NCBI GenBank assembly: GCA_002269645.1 | Contig: NIVC01000266.1 | Coordinates: 124,001 to 188,000 of the forward strand | Length of the DNA stretch: 64,000 nucleotides | Direction of reading: 5' to 3' | DNA from: Macrostomum lignano | Lineage: Eukaryota | Part shown: in pieces, positions 1-11,935 of the stretch | Position numbering within the stretch: position 1 is the first letter of the stretch | How the letters are laid out: each line of letters begins with the position of its first letter | The notes under the pieces: model-generated | What the model was told of the DNA's origin: nothing | Databases searched by the model: none | What the model saw: the letters and a program-made list of their open reading frames with translations, nothing else | Made by a program: the position numbers and the translations under genes

Positions 1-102
1 GTCAGCGGCGATTCTTTAATGCCAGAGTCAGCGGCGATTTTTTAATGCAAGAGTCAGTGGCGATTCTTTAATGCCAGAGTCAGCGGCGATTCTTTAATGC
101 AA
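1..102. repeat. 26-bp tandem repeat (gtcagcggcgattctttaatgccaga), about 4 copies, cut by window edge
   Basis: Unit recurs directly at 1, 27, 53 and 79. Confidence 0.85.
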
Positions 103-1199
103 GTCAATTTTAAGAAGTCTCTTTTGATGGTGCTTTGAACTTTACGATTCTTAAAAAGCCAACAAGGAAAGCAAGTATTCAGACCCAGACTGGTCAGAAG
201 CGATGCTCAGTGGCGGTCAGAGGCAATTCTCGCACAAGCAGGCGAGAGTGGCCATCCCTGTTCTGTACAGATTCAGTGGAGGACCTTTCCCAAGAGAGGA
301 CAACGGCATTGTTGTTCTGTCTAATTTTATAAAACTTTTCTCTTTTAAAACCTTGACAGCTGACTAGCTAAATAAACACTATTATTGATTCCCACAGGAA
401 ATCGTTGATACGGCTCGTATCTCTATAAAAATATGCATAAAAGTTCTTCATCGTTCTTCATAAAACCGCAGCCAGCCAGCACCCGCTGGGCCTTATCAGT
501 GGAGCTGTCAGTTAAACCCCGGACCAAAGCGCAAAGTCGTCCAAAGAAAATCAGAAGAAACCTCTGCGGCAGCGGCCAACGTAGATTTTATATCCGCGCA
601 ATCCATTTCAATATTAACTACTAAGAAATTTCATTAAGAACAGTCCATTAGTAAGATACTTATCATCGGCCCGTAGCGTTTGCCAGGAAAATAAAGCCTG
701 AAGATGAAGTCAGAGATTTGCGCTTCAATAATCCTTCGGAGAGAGAGAGAGAGAGAGAGTGAGAGAGAGAGAGAAGACGGGTTTTTAGCCGTTGTTAATT
801 TTTTTACAATCTTTTCACCTTGCCATTCATTTTCTAGCCGAGCCAAACCTGACCAAGCCGATCCCGCATTTCGTGGCCCAGTTTCAAACTCTCTTCATCA
901 ATTCTCGCCCGGAACGAGTACCTGCATAGCCTGCCAGTCCGCTTAAGGAATCTTCGCAATTTCTCTCTTTCTTTCTTACGTGTGCTACGCGGAGATTCCG
1001 CAGCCGCCTTCCTGCAGCTACCAGTTGTTAGCTGAAGTTTTCGTTTTTCTTTTCCGTGAACCGCCTCCCCTTCCCGCGGCGCGCACCTGCGCTGCTTGAC
1101 CCCCACCTCGCCTGCTTAGCCGCATCTCCTCTCTCTGCCTCGTATCTCTCCTCTCAGGCTGCGATGCGCACCCTATTGAACTCTGCCTACGCCTGCTAC

Positions 1200-1640
1200 C
1201 TCTCCCCTCAAACTCCCTCGCCCTCCCTCCTCTGCTTAGTCTTCCTATCTACCTCTCTTATCTCCCTCACCCTCTCCACATGTACCTCCCTTAGCTCCTT
1301 CGCCCTCTCCACATCTACCCCTCTTATCTCCCTCGACCTCTCCCTATCTACCTCCCTCTCTTATCTTCCTAGCCCTCTCTCTATTTACACTTTCTCTTAT
1401 CTCCCTCACCCTCTCCACATCTACCTCCCTCTCATCTCCCTCACCCTCTCCACATCTACCTCCCTCTCATCTCCCTCACCCTCTCCACATCTACCTCCCT
1501 CTCATCTCCTTCACCCTCTCCACATCTACCTCCCTCTCATCTCCCTCACCCTCTCCACATCTACCTCCCTCTCATCTCCCTCACCCTCTCCACATCTACC
1601 TCCCTTAGCTCCCTCACCCTCTCCTCTACCCCGGGGCTAC
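1200..1640. repeat. Pyrimidine-rich tract with 35-bp unit (ctccctcaccctctccacatctacctccctctcat)
   Basis: About 6 near-identical units at 1400-1610; explains the Ser/Leu/Pro-rich ORF 1056..1661. Confidence 0.85.
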
Positions 1641-2204
1641 TACCTCACCTATCCTAATTAGTCCTCTTTTATCTCTGCAGGTCAATCTTATCTCCCATTC
1701 TCAATCCCTTGTAGTAAAACTTGGCATCTTGAAAAGTGAAAACAATTAGTAAAGCGCATTACGTCATACAATCGATTTTTCTACCTGCCTTTATTAATTC
1801 ATTCATCACTTGACTTTGGTTAGGTCAGGATTATCGCCTACCAAATGTGTGTGTATGCATACTGATGTGTGTATATATACTGAAGCGCTGATATCAAATT
1901 ACCGAAACCGCAGCTGATGGTAGCCAACAATCAATGCCTGTATGGGCCGACTGTCCGTCATCGCAAGCCCCCCCCCCAGAGTTTGAAGGAGTTTCTACAT
2001 TCTACATGGAAACCCTAGCCGCCATGGCGCTCTCTCCCACGGAAACAGGGAAATGAGGGACCAGATTTGCATCAACAAGGCGTCCAATATTGAATTACAT
2101 TTAAGTAGATTTTGACCGCTTCTAGTCTGTGAGGATTAAGACAACTCCTCTGTCAGGCTTGTCCCCACCTGACCAAATCCCGAAGTAATCTGGACAACCT
2201 CCTC

Positions 2205-3305
2205 AGAAAGCACAATCCTGAGAATCTCACCCTCCTCAGACAGCAACAATCCTGAGAATCTCACCCTCCTCAGACAGCAACAATCCCGAGAATCTCACCC
2301 TCCTCAGACAGCAACAATCCTGAGAATCTCACCCTCCTCAGACAGCAACAATCCTGAGAATCTCACCCTCCTCAGACAGCAACAATCCTGAGAATCTCAC
2401 CCTCCTCAGACAGCAACAATCCTGAGAATCTCACCCTCCTCAGACAGCAACAATCCTGAGAATCTCACCCTCCTCGGACAGCAACAATCCTGAGAATCTC
2501 ACCCTCCTCAGACAGCAACAATCCTGAGAATCTCACCCTCCTCAGACAGCAACAATCCTGAGAATCTCACCCTCCTCGGACAGCAACAATCCTGAGAATC
2601 TCACCCTCCTCGGACAGCAACAATCCTGAGAATCTCACCCTCCTCGGACAACAACAATCCTGAGAATCTCACCTTTTTTTATTAGAGGCAGGGGGTTGTG
2701 TGCACCCTGGCGCACTTTAAGCGACATAGGCACACAACCGGCGAGAGGCATTACTGCCCATTCCGCCGACTCCCCTGAGCAGGCACACAAGCGCGCGGAT
2801 ACGTACGCAGGCACACACTCACACAGGAGTGTACAGCGGCCCTAACTTTATATTATCGTTAGGCATGTACACTTCACTGCGCCTTGGGGGTTGGCTCTCA
2901 AGGCCGTTAACGGCACGAGCAGAGAGCCAAGCCGAGATTCCAATTCAGCCCCAAATTAGTGACTGCACTTGGAATCGAGCCTGGGTCGCTGGCACACCAG
3001 AGCCTGCGCTAGACCGCTGGGCTACGGCCCCGTGAATCTCACCTTTCTCAGACACCAACAATCCCGAGAATCTCACCCTCCTCAGACACCAACAATCCCG
3101 AGAATCTCACCCTTCTCAGACACCAACGATCCCGAGAATCTCACCCCACTCAGACAGAAACAATCCTGATAATCTCACCCTCCTCAGACAGCAACAATCC
3201 TGAGAATCTCACCCTCCCCAGACAGCAACAATCCTGAGAATCTCACCCTCCTCAGACACCAACAATCCTGAGAATCTCACCCTTCTCAGACAAGACAATC
3301 CTAAC
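2205..3305. repeat. 34-bp minisatellite (aatcctgagaatctcaccctcctcagacagcaac), interrupted by a SINE
   Basis: Units at 2205-2673 and 3034-3305. Confidence 0.9.
2677..3033 (-). mobile_element. tRNA-derived SINE family A, full-length copy
   Basis: Minus-strand head GGCCGTAGCCCAGCGG (A box) ... GGCTCGATTCC (B box). A-rich tail at 2674-2680. Flanked on both sides by gaatctcaccttt. Near-identical to 38523-38864. Confidence 0.8.
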
Positions 3306-3369
3306 GACAGACATCAAGCAATTCGTGCAATTAAAAAAACCGTTGCTATCCAAATAAGTGCTCGCTCAC

Positions 3370-4710
3370 CGGGCCTTTTCTAATTCGAATAGCAGCGGCT
3401 CGGCCTCGCTGGTCCTGTAGAGACTCACTGACAGCGACTTTGTGTAGGGCGCGAAAGCCTTGACGGGTGAAAATAAAGGAAAACGACGCATGACAAAGCA
3501 TTGCTATTTAGCCAAATCTACTAATTATATGACGAGGCACTCATAGCTAAAAAAGAATGTATAGGTACTCTTGCCGTTTACTCCATTCACTAATAATATG
3601 ACGAAGCATCTGAAACTAAAACAAGTAGTATAGTTACTCCCACCGTTTACTCACATAATTTGAATTAAAAACGCATCTCTCAAGCATGGTAGGACCTCCG
3701 GGCGAGGATCGGCAAATCGCGTAGGACAAAGTAAATAAATTGTAATTCACCAGCTTAGCATTGGCTGGATTGAGCAGGGCGGTGGCAATGTCCGGGCCAA
3801 GCTGCTCAGAGGTGACGCAGAGCGGCCAGCGGCGACATTCGAAATGTAAAGTCTCCGGCGGCTGAGACGCAGAGCTTTCATTTTTTGTCGGTTCGGCTGA
3901 GCGTTCGCAAAGTAATGGGGATGAAATAATTAATATTTTTAATAATAGAAACTTCACAACTTTCAGATGACGAGGGCACCTAAGATATTTACCTAATCGA
4001 CTAATAAGATACCGAAGCATTTATAACTTCAATAAAGTGCATAGTTTCTCCGACCGTTTACCCAATCTACTAATAAGTTTTAGGGTGGCGCCAGCACCAG
4101 AGGCGCCAGCACCAGAGGCGCCAGCACCAGAGGCGCCAGCACCAGAGGCGCCAGCACCAGAGGCGCCAGCACCAGAGGCGCCAGCACCAGAGGCGCCAGC
4201 ACCAGAGGCGCCAGCACCAGAGGCGCCAGCACCAGAGGCGCCAGCACCAGAGGCGCCAGCACCAGAGGTTATTATTACTATTCCAAAGTTCAATATTGCT
4301 TGCATACATATGCCGTACAGTAGCACTTGCCCACTTTAAAACCGGAACTAAAGTCAGCGGGGGGTCGGATACGGTGAGAATGGTCTCATTCTCATTCTCA
4401 TGGGCAGCGGTATGTGTCAATCGGTCTTACTTGGCAGCCTGCCTGTCTCCCTCGCCTCATAGTAAAAGAGCAGGCAGAGCAGACTGACAACAGACTGACA
4501 ATATACACTTCCTAAACAGTGGAAGCAGTCGCAAACAAGCACTTGGCAAGTTTTTATACTCTAATAGCAAAGAATAATAGATATTATAAGCTTACCTCGA
4601 CAGGCACACGCCAGCAATAGCAGCAATACTTGAAACGGCAGCAGAAGCAGCAACCCACTGCTTTGCTTTCGGTTGACAATAATTTGATTATGATTATTAC
4701 TGCAGCTCAT
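3370..4710 (-). CDS. Orphan signal-peptide gene, 5' part (exons 4710-4596, 3896-3751, 3458-3370); 3' exons unresolved
   Basis: ATG at 4710 gives MSCSNNHNQIIVNRKQSSGLLLLLPFQVLLLLLACACR|gtaagc. Phase-compatible exons follow: AEPTKNESSASQPPETLHFECRRWPLCVTSEQLGPDIATALLNPANAKL|gtgaat and AFAPYTKSLSVSLYRTSEAEPLLFELEKAR|gtgagc. No family recognised. Confidence 0.5.
4087..4268. repeat. 15-bp perfect tandem repeat (gcgccagcaccagag) x12
   Basis: Direct inspection; lies in intron 1 of the predicted minus-strand gene. Confidence 0.95.
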
Positions 4711-5494
4711 AGCTGAGCGGAAACACCAACTATCAGTTGAAGATCTTTAACAGACGACTGTAAAGAATATAATTATGAGTAGGCATGACAATAGTCCAGT
4801 TCTGCATAAATAAATACTCGCACTATAATATCTTAATTGCAGTCTGCAGTCAGCAGCCACACCAAATTCCGAGATCCAGAGGCTTATAAGATTTGTTCGC
4901 CACTGTTGTTATTGTTGGCAGGAGAGGGATAAGGGATAATTCTCCTGTCCAATTGAAGTATTCCCTCCTGCCTGCCTGCCCGCCCCACAAGTCTGAGTCA
5001 CTGCTTCTGTGGATTTTTATTTTTAGGCGGGATTAGAGTGGGAGAGCGCGGGGTAAGCGAGAGGCGCAGGAAATCCAGGGGGGAGAGGGGAAGAGAGGTA
5101 AGCATTGGACAGTGCAGAACTTTTCACACGGCGATTGGGGCTGGCCTTGACAGGACAGGAGAGAGAAGAGGAGAGGAGAAAAAGATGCCGAGTGTTGCCA
5201 TACAAGGTAGCTTTTTTGGGATTCTTAGTGGCGGGCGCCGCCCATTCAGTCATTAGCTAAGGGGGGAGGGAAGCTATGGATGATGACGCGTGTACAGGAG
5301 AGACTGATGCACCCCACCCCTCATGACGCGGCTGATTAAAGCACTCGGGGCTGAGAGAATTAGAGGGGTGTGAAACGTATGGATATCTGACTTTCTAGTG
5401 AGAAAACTGTGGCCTGTGGGTTTAGTCACCTTTAGAATGAGACCAAGTTCTTATAAAATTGGTTTAGCTAAAAATTTTTTTACCTGGGGTTAAC

Positions 5495-7570
5495 AATTTA
5501 ATCCCTCGGGTGAGATTGTAGCTCCAATTTAACCCCTCAGATGAGATTGTAGCTTCAATTTAACCCCTTTGAGATTTTAGCTCCACGTTAATCCCTCAGA
5601 TGAGATTGTAGCTCCAATTTAACGCCTCAGGTGAGATTGTAGCTCCAATTTAACGCCTCAGGTGAGATTGTAGCTCCAATTTAACCCCTCAGATGAGATT
5701 GTAGCTCCAATTTAATCCCTCAGATGAGATTGTAGCTCCAATTTAACCCCTCGAGATTTTAGCTCCACGTTAATCCCTCAGATGAGATTGTAGCTCCAAT
5801 TTAACGCCTCAGGTGAGATTGTAGCTCCAATTTAACGCCTCAGGTGAGATTGTAGCTCCAATTTAACCCCTCAGATGAGATTGTAGCTCCAATTTAACCC
5901 CTCAGATGAGATTGTAGCTCCAATTTAACCCCTCGAGATTTTAGCTCCACGTTAATCCCTCAGATGAGATTGTAGCTCCAATTTAACGCCTCAGGTGAGA
6001 TTGTAGCTCCAATTTAACGCCTCAGGTGAGATTGTAGCTCCAATTTAACGCCTCAGGTGAGATTGTAGCTCCAATTTAACGCCTCAGGTGAGATTGTAGC
6101 TCCAATTTAATCCCTCAGATGAGATTGTAGCTCCAATTTAACCCTTCAGGTGAGATTGTAGCTCCAATTTAACCCCTCAGGTGAGATTGTAGCTCCAATT
6201 TAACCCCTCAGATAAGATTGTAGCTCCAATTTAACGCCTCAGGTGAGATTTTAGCTCCAATTTAACCCCTCAGATGAGATTGTAGCTCCAATTTAACCCC
6301 TCAGGTGAGATTGTAGCTCCAATTTAACGCCTCAGGTGAGATTTTAGCTCCAATTTAACCCCTCAGATGAGATTTTAGCTCCAATTTAACCCCTCAGATG
6401 AGATTTGTAGCTCCAATTAAACGCCTCAGGTGAGATTGTAGCTCCAATTTAACCCCTCAGATGAGATTGTAGCTCCAATTTAACCCCTCAGGTGAGATTG
6501 TAGCTCCAATTTAACCCCTCAGGTGAAATTGTAGCTCCAATTTAACCCCTCAGATGAGATTTTAGCTCCACTTTAATCCCTCAGATGAGATTTGTAGCTC
6601 CAATTTAACCCCTCAGATGAGATTGTAGCTCCAATTTAACCCCTCAGGTGAGATTGTAGCTCCAATTTAACCCCACAGAGATGAGATTGTAGCTCCAATT
6701 TAACCCCTCAGGTGAGGTTGTAGCTCCAATTTAACCCCTCGGGTGAGATTGTAGCTCCACTTAAACCCCACAGGGATGAGATTGTAGCTCCACTTTAACT
6801 TCACAGAGATGAGATTGTAGCTCCACCTTAACCCCTCAGGTGAGATTGTAGCTCCAATTTAACCCCACAGAGATGAGATTGTAGCTCCACTTTAACTTCA
6901 CAGAGATGAGATTGTAGCTCCAATTTAACCCCTCAGGTGAGATTGTAGCTCTAATTTACCCCTCAGATGAGATTGTAGCTCCAATTTAACCCCACAGAGA
7001 TGAGATTGTAGCTCCAATTTAACCCCTCAGGTGAGATTGTAGCTCCAATTTAACCCCACAGGGATGAGATTGTAGCTGCACTTTAACCCCACAGGGATGA
7101 GATTGTAGCTGCACTTTAACCCCACAGGGATGAGATTGTAGCTCCACTTTAACCCCACAGGGATGAGATTGTAGCTGCACTTTAACTTCACAGAGATGAG
7201 ATTGTAGCTCCAATTTAACCCCTCAGGTGAGATTGTAGCTCCAATTTAACCCCACAGAGATGAGATTGTAGCTCCAATTTAACCCCTCAGGTGAGATTGT
7301 AGCTCCAATTTAACCCCACAGGGATGAGATTGTAGCTGCACTTTAACCCCACAGGGATGAGATTGTAGCTGCACTTTAACCCCACAGGGATGAGATTGTA
7401 GCTCCACTTTAACCCCACAGGGATGAGATTGTAGCTGCACTTTAACTTCACAGAGATGAGATTGTAGCTCCAATTTAACCCCTCAGGTGAGATTGTAGCT
7501 CCAATTTAATCCCTCAGGTGAGATTGTAGCTCCACTTTAACCCCACAGAGATGAGATTGTAGCTCCATTT
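5495..7570. repeat. 31/33-bp minisatellite (gagattgtagctccaatttaacccctcaggt and variants), about 2.1 kb
   Basis: More than 60 units; identical ORFs at 7019 and 7279 reveal a 260-bp higher-order duplication. Confidence 0.95.
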
Positions 7571-9096
7571 TATATCAAGACGATATTCAAGCTTTTAAAG
7601 TGGCTTTCCTTTCACTGGTTTTGTTGGAAATTTTGCAAAAATGAAAATGGCTCCATGGCCCGTGTAGGGGATTTTGCTAGGTATTCCACAATCTACGAGT
7701 AGTTGAGGCTCTCTCAGGTGGAAGCAAGGCACCAACCAACAGCGTCTGACTGGACATGGCGCTCCCACTTCATTTACTCCGACAGATAGTAATTTTCCGG
7801 CCGGCGGTGGGGGAGGAAAAGCGAAGAAGACCGCTGCACCAGGGAGGGAAAGTGCACGAAAGCGGGCAAGAAGCAAGCAAATTGGTTTTGGCTTTGCTGG
7901 GACTAAAAGCAACTATGGCGTAGGGGAAGGAGCGGGCAGGGGCGGTCAGTGGCTGTGCTGGTGCTGCGGCCCTCCAATCTGATAGTGTAATGCCTTAATG
8001 CTAAGCCAGCCAGCAATCTGGAATAGCCGGCATGGTTAAGGAGACGGGGAGAGGGGTTTGGGGAAGATGGAGAAGAAAACGAGGCAAAGGATGGGCGATA
8101 AGGTCAGCTGGGGAGCCGGGCACACGAAGCAATGGCAGGTTTGCGTCATGCGAGCTTGATAGATTGGGGGGGGGGGGGGCATCAGGCCAGCGAACAAGTT
8201 GAAGAGGAGCCGCGGGGTTCGATTTGAAGCAAGTGGAAGAGGAGGCACAGCGGGATCGCCTCTTGCTGGCGGGGTCTCCTGGGAGCAGAAAACGATGCAA
8301 CTTATCCTAGCTTGGCGGTCAAGCAGGGTAATTAAATTTGAGAAATTAGGTATGGCTACACTTTCCATGTTGGATTGAATGTTTATATGAAGGCTTTATT
8401 GTCAATGCTTATAGGGGGAATTGCTAAGATGCCAAGGCTGATAAGGGGAATTGTTGAGAGGTCAGAAAGTTTTTATTCCATTCATTATTGCCTACCCAAC
8501 AAGGGGGCACTGATTGCTAGTTTATGACTAAAATATAAACAAGTATTTTCAGGAGGGTTGCAAAAATTTTGGCATAATACTTTTATTGATATTGTCCTAC
8601 AACAATGAGGCAATCTTATCCATTCCATTGAGTCTAAAGATATACAAGTATATAAATATTATATATAAGCAGACACTCATATACATATTCACACTGGCCT
8701 TGAAATTTGAACCACCAGTCTTTATGACTTAAAGGTTGGCCCTAAAAGGTGTTAATCATATATGTCCCAATTTTTAAACAAAATTACCAAATTAATATGA
8801 ATTGTATAGAATCAAACTAGGGAGTCCCATGTTTATTGCTTAGCTAACTTTGCCCTTAAGAAAGGAATAATAATGATCTCTTTTATCTATTCAATAATTT
8901 TAAAAGTGCATTTAAGCAAAATAACTAACATAATTTATATATAGGAAATCACAACATAATTTACTAGTTGGCCATATTTTTTATAATATAGTTTCTATAC
9001 AAAAAATAGGAAATCAAGTTAAGCTTTTTGCCTTTGAGATAAAAAATTAAGAGATATAAAAAATATGCATTTGAGATCTATTTAATTACTACCTTA

Positions 9097-9900
9097 TCTC
9101 TACCTATAAAAATCAAAACTCTGTGTGTGTGTGTGTGGACAATTTTGATCGCTATGGACTCCCAAACCACTCAACCAAATGACACCAAATTTTACACCCA
9201 CCTTAAACTCACTACGGAGAATGTCTTAGGCTACCTTTAAATTTCCTAAACTTGAGTCTTCCTACCTAAAAGTACAAAAAACTGCTCAAAATGCGAGATT
9301 TTTTTACTAAATCCTCCATAGCACCGCTCCACTTCTACCGATTCTCTTCAAATTTGACACAATAAATCTTCAACTATCTTGACACAATCGTATAAAATTT
9401 CGAGTCTCAAAGTTGATCCCAAACGGCGCTGTGCACTTTTAAAGTTAGGCTGCTTTTTTCAGCGAGGCAGCCACCCCAACCTCCGCCCGCCTGCCTCTCT
9501 TTCCCGATCTGGGCAAAGGGTGTGAATAGGTTTTAAAATGCCTAACTTTCGGCTGCCATAGTTTTGCTCCACGTGAAGCGATTGACTTCAAATTTGACAC
9601 AATTCTTTATTGACTCATTCTCTGCCTACATGTAAAGTCTCAACTCTGTATCTTAATCAGGACAGAAACTGTAAGCATGTGAAGTTTGTCTGCTTTTTCT
9701 GTTGTTTGTGCCGCTCACTCACTCATTCCCCCAGCTCAGACGAAGAGTCAGGCGATAGGACTGAATGTACATAGCGAATGTACAGTGTTTTGGAATAACT
9801 TTTTAATAGCCTTCTCTGTACCTCCGCGAGTGGAGAGGCGTGGAGAGGAGAGAGTTTAGCGAGAGATTCAATTTCAAACCACTGTCCTCTGAATAGACAA
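9097..9900 (+). mobile_element. Possible non-autonomous Helitron-like element; 3' end not defined
   Basis: Starts A|TCTCTACCTATAAAAATC followed by (GT)n and ...aaaccactcaaccaaatgacaccaaattt. An internal subrepeat (cttcaaatttgacacaat) occurs at about 9347 and 9587. This layout resembles invertebrate non-autonomous Helitrons. No CTAG end or hairpin found. Confidence 0.35.
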
Positions 9901-10329
9901 GTCTGCAGCAGTTAAACAAGGATGGCAAATCAAGGCGATGTGGGATGGTTTATAAAAATATCGAAAAATTAATGAATAACTTATTACAATGCAATCCTAC
10001 TAAATAAGTTACACCATAAAAATTTTAACATTAAGATTCGCATAAGGTACTTTAAAATTTAAATGGCCTCCTAAGAAATGCGTATTTCCATGGTTGTTAG
10101 ACTGCTGCAGACTGTGGTGGTGGAGCTGGAGATATACAAATTTCTCTCAGGGCTGCTAATTGACCAGAAAGATGACGTGATTAAAGCATGGGAAATGATA
10201 ACAACCATGATAGTACTACGTCCCACAAACTGGCTTTCGAAGCAGGGATCGGCAGATTTTTATCTCAAAGGCCAGATAAAGAATCCAGCTCATGGCTACG
10301 GGCCAGATGAGAGTGAAAAGGAATAGACT

Positions 10330-11391
10330 ATTAGAAAAGGAGGAGGGGCGAGAGGGGATAAAAGAAAATATAGAATATAACAGGAGAGACGTACGAGGAG
10401 GTTGAGGAGAGAGCAGAGAATATGGGACAAAGAAGCGAGAGGAGGGGAGAGAGAAGGAAGAGGAAATAGTAGAGGTGAGAAGATGGAGAGAGAAGAGGGG
10501 AGAGATGAGACAGAGGATCGATGAGAGAGGAGATTAGAGAAGAGTGAGATGAGAGAACAAAGAGGAGATGAGAGTATCGAGAGGGGGGATTAGAAAGGAT
10601 AGAGGAGAGGAGATAAGAGGGGGAGAGACGAGTGAGAAGAGAGAAGATAGAGATGAGAGAGAGTTGAGAAAGAAGAGAGGACAAAGGAGAGATGATAGAG
10701 TAAAGGGAAGAGGAGGAGAGAGGAAAGATATGAGATTGTAGAGATGAGTGAGATGAAAGGAAATATGAGAGAGTAGAGTAGAGATGAGAGATGAAGGAAG
10801 AGAGAGCAGAGTGCGAAGAGACGAGAAAAGAGAATAGAGGGGAGAGAATATAGAAGAGGGAAGAGAAGAGAGGAGTAAGGAAAGAGAGGAGTCAGAAGAG
10901 GGGAAAGAGAAGAGTGCATAGTAGAGAGGAGAGTAGAGATGACAGAAGAGAGAGGGGAATGAGAGAGCAACGATGAGAGTGAACAGACGATATAAGAGAG
11001 GAGAGAGGAGAGTGAGAGAAAAGAGAGAAGACAAGAGAGGGAGAGAGTATAGAAGAGGGGAGAGAAGAGAAGAGAAGAGGAGAAAGGAGAAAGGAGAAAG
11101 GAAAGAGAGGAGTCAAAAGAGGGGAAAGATCGAAGAGTACAAAGAAGAGAGGTGAGAGAGCATACGAGTATAAGAGAGTAAAGATGACAGATGACAGAGG
11201 AAAGAGGAGAGATAAGAAATAAGAGATGAGAGATGAGAGGTGATACAAAAGGAGAGAGAAGTGAGTGAAGAGAGAGAGGAGGGGAGGGAGAGAATCGAGA
11301 AGACAGGGGAAAGAGGGGAAGGACAAGAGATGAAAGGAAAGAGGGGAGAGATTAGAGAGGAGAAGAGAGATGAGACAGGAGAGAGCAGAGA

Positions 11392-11478
<87 letters not shown>

Positions 11479-11935
11479 AGAGATAAGAGAGAAAAGATAA
11501 GAGAGCAAAGATGAGAGAGAAGAGAGGTGAGGAAAGAGACGATAGAAGAGATGAAAGGAGAGAGTGGAGAGAAGAGAAGAGAAAGGAGAGAGGAGAGATG
11601 AGGGAAGTGTTGAGAGAGGGTAATGTAATGAGTGAGAAGAGAGGAGAGGAGAGGGAAGAGAGAGTAGAGAGTAGAGAGAGAAGAGAGAGGAGAGAGCAGA
11701 GAGAAATGAGAAGAGATAAAAGAGGAGAAAGGAGAGATGAGAGAGCGAGACGAGAGAGAAGAGAGGAAAGGAGAGAGAAACGAATAGAGGGAAGAGACAA
11801 AAGAAGAGGGGACAGAGGAGAAAAGAAAGAAGAGATGACAGGAGAGACAAGAGACAAGAGAGAAGTGAGAAAACAGAAGAGAAGATAGAAGTTTCAAAGG
11901 ATGCAATGGAAATAGGGAGAGGCAGAGGTAGAGGC
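10330..11935. repeat. 1.6-kb purine-rich (GA) low-complexity tract with a perfect (GA)n core at about 11395-11473
   Basis: Almost only A/G on the + strand; source of the many Leu/Ser and Arg/Glu ORFs. Confidence 0.95.

Noticed and set aside
4021-4420. APAPE, GASGA and WCWRL repeat ORFs
   Set aside because: 15-bp perfect intronic repeat that is open in several frames on both strands; no sign of coding constraint.
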